NCBI RefSeq assembly: GCF_006345805.1
Contig: NC_043001.1
Coordinates: 9,858,001 to 9,922,000 of the forward strand
Length of the DNA: 64,000 bases
Source: Octopus sinensis
Lineage: Eukaryota
Direction of reading: 5' to 3'
A program made the translations under genes and the position numbers. Of this stretch, positions 1 through 11,749 are shown one piece after another (the first letter of the stretch is position 1; each line of letters opens with the position of its first letter). A model generated the notes under the pieces. The model did no database searches and had not been told where the DNA came from. It saw nothing but the letters and a program-made list of their open reading frames with translations.

Positions 1-1018
1 GTCCTCAGCAGTCACGGCCCATGTTTCACTGCCATGTAGCATGGCTGTTCGTACACATGCATCATACAGTCTGCCTTTTACTCTGAGCGAGAGGCCTTTA
101 GTCACCAACAGAGGTAAGAGCTCCCTAAACTTTGCCCAGGCTATTCTTACTCTAGCCGTTACACTTTCAGCACACCCACCCCCACTACTGACTTGGTCAC
201 CAAGATAACGGAAACTATCAACTACTTCTAGTTTTTCCCCCTGGAAAGTGACGGAAGTTGTTTTCTGCAGATTTTCAGAGGTTAATGCTCCGAGCATCTG
301 CCACATACAAAAACCATCTTCCTAGTTAGCCTTCCTATGACATTGCTGCACCTCTTATGTGTCCATAGCTTACACTTGGTGCATCTTATAGAGTTTCTAC
401 CTACACCTTTTCTACAGATCGAGCAGGGCCATCTACCTGAAGGCGTTTGTGATTTGTCTACCTTCCTACTTATTACGACTTTGTTTTAGCTAGGTTGACT
501 CTAAGGCCCTTCGATTCTAAACCATGCTTCCACACCTGAAACTTCTTCTCCAGTTCTGATAATGACTCAGCAATTAGAGCAAGGTCATCAGCATAGAGGA
601 GCTCCCAGGGGCATCCTGTCTTGAATTCCTCCGTTATTGCCTGGAGGACTATGATAAATAGGAGGGGGCTGAGGACTGAGCCTTGGTGAGCCCTACCTCT
701 ACCCGGAATTCTTCACTGTACTCATTTCCAACCCTCACCTTACTAGCAGCGTCCCTGTACATGGCTTGCACAGCTCTCACTAACCATTCTTCTATTCCTA
801 GTTTCCTCATTGACCACCATATGAGGGATCGGGGGACCCTGTCGAAGGCTTTCTCCATGTCAACAAAAGCCAGGTACAGGGCCTTATCTTTGGCTAGGTA
901 TTTCTCCTGCAGCTGCCTTACCAGGAATATAGCATCAGTGGTACTTTTCCCTGGCACGAAACCAAACTGCATCTCATCTAAACTAACTCTCTCTCTAATT
1001 AGTTGGCTTATGACCCTC
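1..1018 (-). mobile_element. RTE-clade non-LTR retrotransposon ORF2 fragment (RT palm, PHD-like insert, thumb); 5'-truncated, continues past window start; three -1 frameshifts
   Basis: Minus-strand translation gives QFGFVPGKSTTDAIF, LAFVDMEKAFDRVPR, QGSVLSPLLFIIV, LLYADDL (YADD), EVVDSFRYLG, RIAWAKFRELLPLL and KGRLYDACVRTAMLHGSETW, all typical of RTE/BovB-like RT. Confidence 0.95.
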
Positions 1019-1092
1019 TATATATATATATATATACATGTATGTATGTATGTATGTATGTATGTATGTATGTATGTATGTATGTATGTATA
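1019..1092. repeat. (TA)n then (TATG)n microsatellite at the LINE 5' truncation point
   Basis: Direct reading. Confidence 0.95.
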
Positions 1093-1476
1093 CACATGCA
1101 CTCACACCTGTTCATGTGCATGTGTGCACACACACACACCAGCTCTGTTCTGCTGCTACCTAAAACCAGTTAATTAATTCACTATTTCTATCCCCAACAC
1201 ACACATACTTCCACTGTATCTTATTTCAAAAGACCCCTCTATGGAACCCACCTTTTTTTTTTTTTTTTTTTTTTTTTTGCTTCATCTCTCTTCATCCCAG
1301 AAACGAACCCTTCTGCAACCTCCTGTTTATACTTTCATTTTACTTACCAAAACTGTCAACAGTTTAAACCACAACTTAATAAAGCTCAGCCAGGAATTTG
1401 AACTCACTTCAAGTGTAGCAGGAACTTAACAATAACTCTGTCAAATGCAATGCTTCTTTGGTTTTAATGATGGAAT

Positions 1477-1880
1477 TACTCTCTTTACTCTTTTATTTGT
1501 TTCAGTCATTTGACTGCGGCCATGCTGGAGCACCGCCTTTAGTCGAGCAAATCGACCCTTGCACTTATTCTTTTGTAAGCCCAGTACTATCGGTCTCTTT
1601 TGCCGAACCGCTTAGTGAAGGGGACGTAAACACACCAGCATCGGTTGTCAAGCAATGCTAGGGGGACAAACACAGACACACAAACACACACACATACATA
1701 TATATACACATATATACGACAGGCTTCTTTCAGTTTCCATTTTCCAAATCCACTCACAAGGCATTGGTCGGCCCAGGGCTATAGCAGAAGACACTTGCCC
1801 AAGATGCCATGCAGTGGGACTGAACCCAGAACCATGTGGCTGGTTAGCAAGCTACTTACCACACAGCCACTCCTGCGCCT
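1477..1880 (-). mobile_element. SINE family A, full length, young subfamily
   Basis: Reverse complement of the ggagtggctgtgtggtaagtagc head (A/B-box-like), ccttgggcaagt CORE-like block, internal TA/CA repeat and gtaaaagag tail. Confidence 0.9.
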
Positions 1881-1887
1881 ATTGTCT

Positions 1888-2022
1888 ATTTTTAGAATGA
1901 CATTGCAGGGTAGGTGCAAAAGGCTAGATCTAGCCTGTTTGAACATTAAAACAGGAAGAATATTCGGGCTGGTTATGGCCAGTTATGGCCGGTTATGGCT
2001 GGTTAAAATGCTAACGGATTAA
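1888..2022. mobile_element. Partial TTAA-type MITE, same family as 10360-10587
   Basis: Shares tagaatgacattg..agggtaggtg and the ggccggttatggc..ttaa end with 10475-10587. Confidence 0.6.
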
Positions 2023-2104
2023 TATGAAGATATTTAATATCTTCATATTAAAGATTAAAAGCTTTTATCATAATTTTATTCAAGAAACTTACAGACATAA
2101 AATA

Positions 2105-2225
2105 ATGATGATGGTGATGGTGATGGTGGTGATGATGACGCCAATTACGATGATGATGATGATGACAACGATGAGGATGATGATGATGACGATGACGAGG
2201 ATGATGACGATGACGATGATGATAT
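2105..2225. repeat. (GAT/GGT/GAC)n microsatellite
   Basis: Direct reading. Confidence 0.95.
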
Positions 2226-2689
2226 TAGATTATATTACAAACACCATCTTATCAATGAAAATGTCATTTTATAAAATCTTTTCAATTCTTGAGAATTATA
2301 TTCAGAATTGAACTACGCACAGACTACGCATTTCCATCTGTAATACAATAATCATGAAAGAAGTAAACATCAGTAGAAATATATATATTGGAATGATAAT
2401 AATAATAATAATAGTAATAATAATAATAATAATAATGATAATAATAATAATGATAACCAGTGATATTGTGTAGAGGCTTCAACCACGTTTGGCTCTGATG
2501 AAATCTGAATGATGACAGATTCAAACTGTGAAATGAGTCGAGAGGAGTCGGCTTTAGCTACGGTTTCTATGGTAGCTCATTTATATAACTTCATTTTCTA
2601 CCATTTTATTTCCCTTTTGTTTATTTCATTTTAAATTCACACACATTGCACACGCGTTCATAACATGTGACACACAGACACACACATAC

Positions 2690-2700
2690 GCTTGCATGTG

Positions 2701-2731
<31 letters not shown>

Positions 2732-2732
2732 G

Positions 2733-2790
<58 letters not shown>

Positions 2791-2822
2791 CACACAAATG
2801 CATGCACACAGATACACACATG
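2690..2822. repeat. (TA)n/(CA)n microsatellite
   Basis: Direct reading. Confidence 0.95.
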
Positions 2823-3140
2823 TATGTGGGGTAATGTGGACGTAACTATGTGCCACCTGTTCTCCCTTATTGTATACCGATTCCATTTATTACAGTTTCA
2901 TTGTCCTAGAAACTGCATTGATGGTGGTGGTGGTGGTGGTGGTTGCCATAAAGACAAAATTGTGGAGAGCAGAAGGGCAGAAAATCACAATGGATGCTTT
3001 GTTTTGTTTCAGTTTTGTATTTGTTGTTTTTCTTTTTTTTTTTACCCCCTATTTTCCTCTTTCTTAACAATTAAATCATTTATTGTTCAGCCTCAGATGT
3101 TCTTTCTTTGCAAAGATTAAGAATAAGCTGATGATGACTA

Positions 3141-3670
3141 CGTGGATGGCTGTGTGGCGAGAAGCTTGCTTCCCAACCACATGATTCCGGGTTCAGTTCT
3201 ATTGAATTGCACCTTGTAGTACATTCCAAGCTGACCAAAGCCTTGTGAGTGGATTTAGTTAGTTAGTTAATTTTTTGGCTCAAAAAGCAAAAAGCAAGGC
3301 CATGTAGGGGGACATGGAGTTATGTACAGGGTGGTGTTCATGTAAAGAGTTCAGGCCACTTGAGGTCAAGGGAGACTTTGAACCGAGTGGTCGTCGGCAT
3401 CTTCACCATCTCGTCTGGCAGCTTGTTCCATGGATCCGCAACCCGGACGGAGAAAGCCCCTCTCCTTCGATCGAGATGAAATCGTCGCAGATAGAGCTTT
3501 TCGGAATGACCCCGCAGCCGACGCTCTGGAGCAGGAGTGAAGAACAGCTCTTTCGAGAGGTTATACTTTCCGCTTATGATGTTGTGAGCAAGAATGAGAT
3601 CTCCATGGCGTCGTCGTTTATCTAGAGAATAAAGGTCGGTAGATGGAAACTAAAAGAAACCCATCATATA
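3141..3670 (+). mobile_element. SINE family A 5' half, interrupted by a CR1 insertion
   Basis: Family A sequence gtgagtggattt|ggtagatggaaact is split at 3256/3638. Confidence 0.8.
3257..3637 (-). mobile_element. CR1-clade LINE 3' fragment: ORF2 C-terminus (3637-3338, 99 codons plus stop), 3' UTR and (TAAC)n tail
   Basis: Uninterrupted frame DLYSLDKRRRHGDLI..RLRGHSEKL..RRGAFSVRVADPWNKLP..FKVSLD matches the CR1 terminal motifs (RRxRGDLI, RGHxxKL, FSxRVxxxWNxLP); short tandem-repeat tail. Confidence 0.9.
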
Positions 3671-4325
3671 TACTAAGCATTTTGGCCGGCATGCTAACAT
3701 TTCTGCCAGCTCATCACCTTAAAATAATCTTTTCTACTCTAGGCACAAGGCCCAAAATTCTTGCAGAGGGGACCAGTTGATTAGATTGACATCAGTATGC
3801 AGCTGGTACTGGATTTATCGACCCTGAAAGAATGAAAGGCAAAGCTGACTTCAGTTGAATTTGAACTCAGAATATAAAGACAGATGAAATACCTATTTCT
3901 TTACTACCCACAAGGGCCTAAACACAGAGGAGACAAACAAGGATAGACAAACGGATTAAGTCGATTATATCGACCCCAGTGCATAACTGGTACTTAATTT
4001 ATCGACCCCGAAAGGATGAAAGGCAAAGTCGACCTTGGTGGAATTTAAACTCAGAACGTAACAGCAGATGAAATACCACTAAGTATTTCACCTGGTGTGC
4101 TAACATTTCTGCCAGTTCATCACCTTAAAATAATCTTTTCTACTCTAGGCACAAGGGCCAAAATTTTTGTGGAGGGGACCAGTTGATTAGATTGACCCCA
4201 GTATGCAGCTGGTACTGGATTTATCGACCCTGAAAGAATGAAAGGCAAAATTGATCTCAGTGAAATTTGAACTCAGATCATAAAGACAGACGAAATACCG
4301 CTAAGCATTTCGCCCAGTTTGCTAA
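3671..4325 (-). mobile_element. Head-to-tail array of SINE family B units
   Basis: Repeated tcgacc.cgaaaggatgaaaggcaaag..aatttgaactcag and ctaacatttctgccagctc blocks. Confidence 0.85.
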
Positions 4326-4530
4326 TGTTTCTGCCAGCTCACAGCCTCAGGCAACCAAAAATATTTCTAATACATTTCCAAGCTCCGTTTCATCAAAGAC
4401 TTGGCTTCGGCTTCTGGCAACACTTGTGTTTAATGAATGAAAAATTATCTCCTCAGATATTTCTTCCAAACAACTGGGTTTTCTTTTTAATTCTTTTCCC
4501 CTTCAGTTGCACGCACACACACATATATCC

Positions 4531-4950
4531 TTTAGTTGTTTCAGTCATTTAGACTGTGGTCATGCTGGGGCACCACATTGAATTTTAGTTCAATACATCC
4601 ACCTCCAACCCCACCTCCCAGCACTTATATTTTTAAGCCAGGTGCTTTTCCTATCAATTTCTTTTGCTGAACTGCGAAACTATGGGGATGTAAACAAACC
4701 AACACCAGTTGCCAAGTAGTAGTGTGTGTGTCTGTGTGTGTGTATGTGTGCATGTGTGTGTTTTTCACCAACGCTTGACAACCAGTGCTTGCATTTTTTT
4801 TAATTGCACCTTGTAGTACATTCCACTGCTAAACTATGGGGACGTAAACAAACCAACACCAGTTGCCAAGTAGTAGTGTGTGTGTGTCTGTGTGTGTGTG
4901 CATGTGTGTGTTTTTCACCAACCCTTGACAACCAGTGTTTGCATTTTTAC
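4531..4950 (-). mobile_element. Degenerate SINE family A 3' half with ~154-bp local tandem duplication
   Basis: aaactatggggatgtaaacaaaccaacaccagttgccaag at 4677 recurs, nearly identical, at 4831. Confidence 0.7.
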
Positions 4951-5321
4951 AAGGCTTTACAAAAGAACAAGCACTGGCGTCGATTCATTTGACTAAAATT
5001 CTTCAAAGTGGCGCCCCAGCATGGCCACGGTCTAATGACTGAAACAGGTAAAGGATAAAAGATGTATGCATGTGCACGCAAGCATATGAGGTCTGGTCGA
5101 GAAGGATCTGGACTGTTGCCATAGTAACGAAGCTAAAGAGTGAAGCTGCTTGGCAAAGATTGACCTTGAACCCTGCTGTGCAAGGGCACAAAGCTTCAAT
5201 GTTGCAGCTCACCTTCGCTGCTTTTAGCAGTGCTTGGAAGGAAGAAAACGAAAGATGAAACAACCAAAGAAGGAACCAAGTCTGATGGCCCATATCATAT
5301 ATATATATAGATAGATAGATA

Positions 5322-5560
5322 GATCGTGGCCGTTGCCAGTACCGCCTGACTGGCCTCCAGGCCAGTGGCACGCAAAAGCACCTGCTATACTCTCAGAGTG
5401 GTTGGTGTTAGGAACGGCATCCAGCTGTAGAAGCTCTGCCAGATAGATTGGTGCCTGTTGCAGCCATCTGGTTCGCTAGTCCTCAGTCAAACTATCCAAT
5501 CTTTGCTAACACGGAAAGCTGACATTAGACGATGATGATGATGATGAAGATGATGATAAT
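5322..5560 (+). mobile_element. SINE family C with (GAT)n tail
   Basis: ggcacgcaaaagcacc..gttaggaacggcatccagctgtagaa..gatgatgatg. Confidence 0.85.
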
Positions 5561-5789
5561 CATCATCATCATCATAAATATTCAATAATCATAAACATAA
5601 TTATAATTAGGAGTCAGCTAATTGCTCCACCATGCACCAAATTTAGAAATAGGAGCTAAAATTCCTTTTCTACTACTGTATCAGTAATATCCTGGGGTCA
5701 ATGTAATCGAATAGTCCCCTCCCCTAAAATTTCAAACCTTGTGCCTTTAGTAGAAAGGATTATTATTATTATTCAATGATCAGACCCCT

Positions 5790-6230
5790 GCCCTCCTTCA
5801 GTTGGGCAGGCAAGGAAGTTTTCCTTTGCCTGGTGGCTGTGGCGAAAGAGGTTGTTTGCTGGACAAGGCTGAAAGGCATAAGGACAGATACATTCCTCTT
5901 TGGTAGAGCTCTCAAGGGAAGCGCTGTACTCGAGTGAGTTTATTGAAAGGTGGGTGAAAATTGCTACAATGATAAGACTGGATTGTACCTCTCTAAGTGT
6001 AAACCTGTGAGTCAGAGAGAAGGAACTGGAGAGGGCACTTGCTCCTGGGGTTTCAGACAAATTTCTGACACAGTGGGGTTCCTCAATTATCCATAGAAGC
6101 CTTCCTGTATCAGGAGGGCCACATCTCTATCATCCTTCCGGCCACTTTCTTTTTTACGTTTTTAAACCTTTGTATGCTAAGCATGTGTCCCTTATTTTCA
6201 GGGTATACTTTCTTTCTTTCTTTCCTTTTT
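5790..6230 (+). mobile_element. Probable Tx1/L1-like LINE 3' fragment with internal deletion
   Basis: Frames LVAVAKEVVCWTRLKGIRTDTFLFGRAL and REALYSSEFIERWVKIATMIRL..SVNL* resemble the F..RW C-terminus of L1/Tx1 ORF2; T-rich 3' UTR-like tail follows. Confidence 0.5.
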
Positions 6231-6326
6231 ATCATTTCATATGTAAACCCCAACACTTTATGTCTGTCTTTGTGTTATCTCCCACCTCATCTTTGCCCTT
6301 GTGGCAAATAAATGATATCATTATCA

Positions 6327-6362
<36 letters not shown>

Positions 6363-6525
6363 GTTATTATTACCAGTAATAGTAGGCCTACATGAGGTAG
6401 GTTTCTGAAAGAGGCCAGCGAAACTTTCTCACATGCAGCCAAATCAAACTGTTTTAAATAATAATATAATTACTCTTACTTAGGGTGTTGAGTGCCATTT
6501 TCTATCATTTACTTTATGTGTATGC

Positions 6526-6556
<31 letters not shown>

Positions 6557-6978
6557 CATATATATATGTGTGTGTATATATATATATATACATATTTATA
6601 TATATGTATATATATTTATGTATGTATATGCATAAAATATATTATTTGATACTGGAATATTTTAAAGAGGAGGTAGTTTAAGTGTAGTTAATAGTTCCTA
6701 AACAGTTTTCCATATATCATTCATAAGATAATGTGGTCAATTACTTAAATTCTTGGAAGATTGCAATATACCTCTCAGACTGGAATTCTTGCAGCATTGT
6801 TGGCGATCTTTTGATATTGTGGAATGGTAATGAAACTTCTTTTCACAAATTTCAGATAATTGATATGCCATACTTAAGAAACACTTCCAATATTCCAAGT
6901 CACATTCTAGTAATCTATCTATTCAGCTTACTTTTCTATAACCTTATTGCTTGTAGCTCTGTATATATAAATATATAA

Positions 6979-7020
<42 letters not shown>

Positions 7021-7687
7021 CCTTAAATTCTTAAAAATGTTTCAGCACAAAGGCTGTGGCCATGCTGGGGCACCACCATTGAATGAGCTACACTAGTATG
7101 TGAAACCACCTCTGATATGTGGCACTTGCTCAACAAGGGAGTTCGATGCCGCTGCCTGTATCTGTGTCTCCTGCCAAGAAGTAGGTTCCTCTGTGACCCC
7201 TGACAAGAAGAGATCCAGTTTAGTTTTAAAGAAACCCACATCCACACCATGCAGGTCTCTCAGGCATTTAGGAAGGATATTGAAAAGCTATACATATAAA
7301 TATATATATATATAAATATATATTTGTGGCAAAACATTTTACCTTTGCCCATATAATACAGTAAATGAATTGATTGCATCGCAATCCTTAACATTTATGT
7401 ATTAACCTTGTTGGGTACTTCACTAGCAGTATATTGGATATATGTTATCCCATGGAGGGTTGCATTTACAACCCCTATCTCAATTTGTATATATATAGAA
7501 AACATATGGCTGTGAAATATAGATGCAATATTGAATGCTAGCTTATTATACAGGGGTAGGTGCAGCAAAATTAGTTATACAGAAAAGAAAACACATACAG
7601 TGCTCATTTGTTTTTGTAAAAGCAATTAAAAGTAACGATAAATGTATTAGCGATATGATTAGCGATACCGAAATTATAAGAAAATGA

Positions 7688-8060
7688 GAACATGTTTGAA
7701 GACATGTTGGGGCAGCGAATCGAAATCGAATTGAACCAGCCAGGATCCCTGGTCTGGTGGTACGTAAAAAGCACTATCCGACTCGTGGCCGATGCCAGCA
7801 CGCCTCGACTGGCTCCGTGCCGGTGGCACATAAAATACACCAATTGACCGTGGCCGTTGCCAGCCCCACCTGGCACCTGTGCAGGTGGCACGTAAAAAGC
7901 ACCACTACACTCACGGAGTGGTTGGCGTTAGGAAGGGCATCCAGCTGTAGAAACATTGCCAAATTAGACTGGAGCCTGGTGCAGCCTCTGGCTTCCAGAA
8001 CCCCGGTCGAACCGTCCAACCCATGCTAGCATGGAGAACGGACGTAACGATGATGATGAG
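7688..8060 (+). mobile_element. SINE family C with subrepeats
   Basis: gtgccggtggcac hairpin units, ggcgttaggaagggcatccagctgtagaa, gatgatgatg tail. Confidence 0.9.
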
Positions 8061-8268
8061 GCTAACTAATTTATTGTGCTAATGATTTTTATTAATTATG
8101 TATTATAACATTGACGTGGTACTTACTGTATGCCTACTTTTGCACCCCGGGTGTATAATGTTGGGTTTGAATCTTACCACTACAAGTAACTATGTCATTA
8201 TGCTGTTGAATAAGGCAAATGGCTCTGCTTATTCAAGTTTAGTTAATCTTAATATATGGACATGTAGA

Positions 8269-8548
8269 GGCACATGGCCGTGGTTACAGCAGCGGACTTG
8301 CAGTCGAGGAATTGTGGGTTCGAATCTCAGACCGGGTGATGTGTGTGTTTATGAGCAAAATACCTAAGCTCTACGCGGATCCGGCAGAAGGTAATGGCGG
8401 GCGAACTTCTGCTGACTCTTTCCTCCTGCATCTTGCAGCTCACCTGCGATGGACCGGCGTCCCATCCAGGTGGGGAACCTATACACGAAGGTAACCAGGA
8501 AACCGGCCCTTATGAGCCAGCCATGGCTCAAGAAGGAACTAACAAAAC
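8269..8548 (+). mobile_element. tRNA-derived SINE, family D
   Basis: A box tggccgtggtt, B box ggttcgaatct; 3' cctgcgatggaccggcgtcccatccagg..aggaaaccggccc block resembles SINE tails of other invertebrates. Confidence 0.75.
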
Positions 8549-8559
8549 ATATAGACACA

Positions 8560-8705
8560 GGGGTGGTTGTGTGATAAGAAGCTTACTTCCTAACCACGTG
8601 GTTCCATGGTACCTTGTGCAAGTGTCTTCTACTATAGTCTTGGGCTAACCAAAGATTTGTGAGGCGATTTGGTAAATGGAAACTGAAAAAAACCCCATCA
8701 TATAT

Positions 8706-8738
<33 letters not shown>

Positions 8739-8958
8739 TTTATTTGTCCTCCACCATCGCTTTACAACTGGTGACAGTGTGTTTATGTCTCCATAACTTA
8801 ACAGTTCAGCAAAAGACAGACAGATTGATTGAGTACCAAGCTTTAAATAAAAAAAATTGCAAGTCCTGGGGTCAATTAATTCAAACCAAAAATTCATCAA
8901 GGTTGTGCCCCAGCATGGCCACAGTCTAATGAATGAAACTAGCAGAAGACAGAAGATA
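8560..8958 (+). mobile_element. SINE family A, older copy
   Basis: Same head, internal (TG)n and tail order as the young copies, more diverged. Confidence 0.8.
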
Positions 8959-9345
8959 TATAATGCAGAGACATTGAACAGGCTAATTAGAAGTAATTAC
9001 TGTTCTAGTTTGCCTGTGCAATTAATAGCAAGAAGAGCAATCAATTAATTTAATCCATACAAATATGGAAAAATGGGTTTAAAATAGGAAATAAAGGAAA
9101 AACAAATAATGGATAAAATAAAGTCAAATCAATCACAAACTAAATAATTGTTTTTCATATAATTCTTGTCATAAATTTTTTCATACTTTTTAAGCTCTTT
9201 TGCACCTCTAAAAACTTGTGTCTCTTCCCATTCCTGTAACTCACTGCCATGTTTCAAATTAAACAGTTACCAAACTGTCACCAAGTCATCAGTTGCTCTT
9301 ATCAGTCAGACAGTGATGGAAGACAATTGATGCGGTACTGGAAAT

Positions 9346-9574
9346 TTAACTCTTTAGCATTTAAACTGGCCATATCCGGCCAAATGTATTCTGCCTGTTC
9401 TATGTCCAAACTGGCCAGATCTGGTCTCTCACACCAACCCTACAATATCGTTTTAAAAATTAACAGCTACCTCATCAAAATCTCAAAGCTACAAGATAAT
9501 GCGTAATTAGCTCAAGGCAATGTGGATAAAGAAGTAATAATTTTGGCAGAATAATGTGAACAGTAAAGGGTTAA
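9346..9574. mobile_element. TTAA-flanked MITE (piggyBac-like ends)
   Basis: ttaa-ctcttta ... taaaggg-ttaa termini; interior homologous to 10360-10587 in opposite orientation. Confidence 0.7.
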
Positions 9575-10359
9575 ATTCAATTATAATCTCATAATTAGAG
9601 TGTCACTTATATAATACATGCATTTTAGCTTTCAATAAATGGTCATAAATAAGTTTTTTGTGACATGACATTGCAGGGAGTTTGTTTGGTAATGTTTGTT
9701 TTTACTTTCGATTCCATGTGAATTAAAAACCTGTACCATTCCACAGTGTGGCCCAGGGGGTACTGAACAGCGCATGTTTTCAGAGAATTCAATGGAAATT
9801 CATATAAAATTAGTTTTTAGCTAAGGATCCTGCTGTATTTGATTGCATAAAAGGTGCATGAGTGCATTAGATGCTTCCCAGTTTCAGCAACACATTTTCA
9901 GGGAGAAATAAGTGTCAGGAACAGGGTTAACTTATGAAAGGCCCAACTTTGCATATAGGACCCAGGGTGATGTTTTGAGAATTTTTGGGGGAAAAAATGT
10001 GTATCTTACATCATTAAATATGTTGATTGACTTTTATGGTTTAGGGAGAGGAGTAAGAGCAGAGCCCTTGGCTTTTGCAGGGATTTGAAAATGAGTTGTG
10101 TAAAGGGACAAAGAACTATAAGGAGTTCTCTCTTTGCAGATTTGGTCGAAATGTGCCTCCACTTAAACAAACAAGCACCAAATGGTTGCAGTGCTAAATT
10201 GAACACCTTCTTAAATCTACCAACTTAAGGACTAATCCAACAGGCTTCAGCACAGTTTTTTTCTGACAGCCTAACATCATTCCTGTGGTAGAAGAAACTT
10301 GCCCAAGATTTTACATAATGTGATTAAACTTGGAACCCCATAATTACAAAGCTAGTTGC

Positions 10360-10587
10360 TTAACCCTTTAGTTTTCTGATTATCCTATCAAGCATAATGC
10401 TTATTGATTTCCATTGATTTGAATTAATCATGTATTATCTCATATCTTCACCATCTTGATGGGTGTAATTACTTAATGTAGAATGACATTGTAGGGTAGG
10501 TGTGAGGGCCTGGATCTGGTCAGTTTGAACGTAAGGCAGATTAAATATTTTGGCCGGATATGGCCGGTTTAAATACTAAAGGGTTAA
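10360..10587. mobile_element. TTAA-flanked MITE (piggyBac-like ends)
   Basis: Perfect ttaaccctttag ... ctaaagggttaa inverted termini. Confidence 0.8.
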
Positions 10588-11599
10588 TTCTATATCCCTC
10601 CATGTTTGCTAGTATAACCAACTTTCATAACTTTTAACACGTGAAATAAAACTGAGGACACAGTAACCTCTCCTTTTTTTCTGTTTTTTTCTGTTTTTTT
10701 CTGTTTTTATCAGTTTTTCTTATGTTTAATATTACCATGGAAGATTAACAAGTTGTTCGTTTTTCCCTGTAAAGAACGATTTTAATCTCATTGGCTGCCA
10801 ATAGTCATTTACTTATCATCAACTAGTATCTTTCCTTCTTAATAATCTCGACAAGGATCATTTCAAATCGATGTAATAATCAAGCAAGGATCTTTAGATA
10901 ATTGTCACTCGATTCATATCTTCATTAGAGCTAATTATCTTTGTCATCATAGTCATTTATCACAGTTGTCATCATAATCATTATTATCACTGCTGTCATC
11001 ATTATCAAAACCTTTCATCTGAATTTTTTCTAAGAACCTTATATTCCAAACACATTCTTGTTAATGAAAAAGTTATTTTACTAAATCTCGTCAAATTCTT
11101 CATTATTTCCAAAATTAACGAGGAAAATTAGCTGCGTATTTTAACTATATCTATAAATGTCAAATCATTGTGTTGACAATCATCACCTTTTCTCAAGAAA
11201 TGTTTTCTGAACTTTGCATATAAAGAATAATTCCAGAAAAGTTTTGAGAAAATGAAATCCAAGATCTTGCTGGAAACAAAATAGGAATAATTCAAGAAAA
11301 GAGAAAACGAGGGGTTGATATTTGTAACAGAGTGGAAATTTCTCTCTCTGCCTCACACTCTTTCTCTTTTTCACTGATACATTTTCAGTTTTCTTTATTG
11401 ACATTGCATCAAGACTATATACAGGAATACAGAGTTATCAAAATTTCTCATTTAATAATATCTTCAAAAACTTAGTATGTGGTTTCAAATACCAAAGAAA
11501 TCAGAGTAATTTATTCTTCAACTTTTGCACTTTTATATTTGTTTCTGTGGAAGAGTGGCTGCATGGTAATAAGCTTACTCCTCAATGCAACGAAAAATG

Positions 11600-11745
11600 C
11601 ATTTAGTGCACTGTTTAAAGTGGTTAGCATTAGGAATTGCCTGCAGCTGTAGAGACCATGTTGAAGCAGACACTGGAATGTGATGCAGTCTTTAGGCCAG
11701 TAAGATCCTGTCAACCCATCCAACCCATGTTTGGAAGAAAGATCA
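11600..11745 (+). mobile_element. Degenerate SINE family C 3' part
   Basis: aaagtggttagcattaggaa..gctgtaga..ccatccaacccatg. Confidence 0.6.
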
Positions 11746-11749
11746 TCCT

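Noticed and set aside
1655-1900. Recurrent ORFs such as MLGGQTQTHK..RLLSVSVYQIHSQG (also 21019, 33918, 39024, 54204, 63574)
   Set aside because: Antisense translations of SINE family A, not a gene family.
2500-2540. tgatga/ctga words resembling C/D snoRNA boxes
   Set aside because: Box order and terminal stem do not fit; adjacent to ATG-type microsatellite sequence.
6415-6450. ctgaaagaggccagcgaaac looks like a hammerhead core
   Set aside because: CUGANGA spacing is off by one, and no stem I/III with an NUH site can be formed; it is a simple hairpin.
8269-8345. tRNA gene (also the heads at 15703 and 60580-60656)
   Set aside because: A/B boxes are present but no complete cloverleaf; they continue into SINE bodies.
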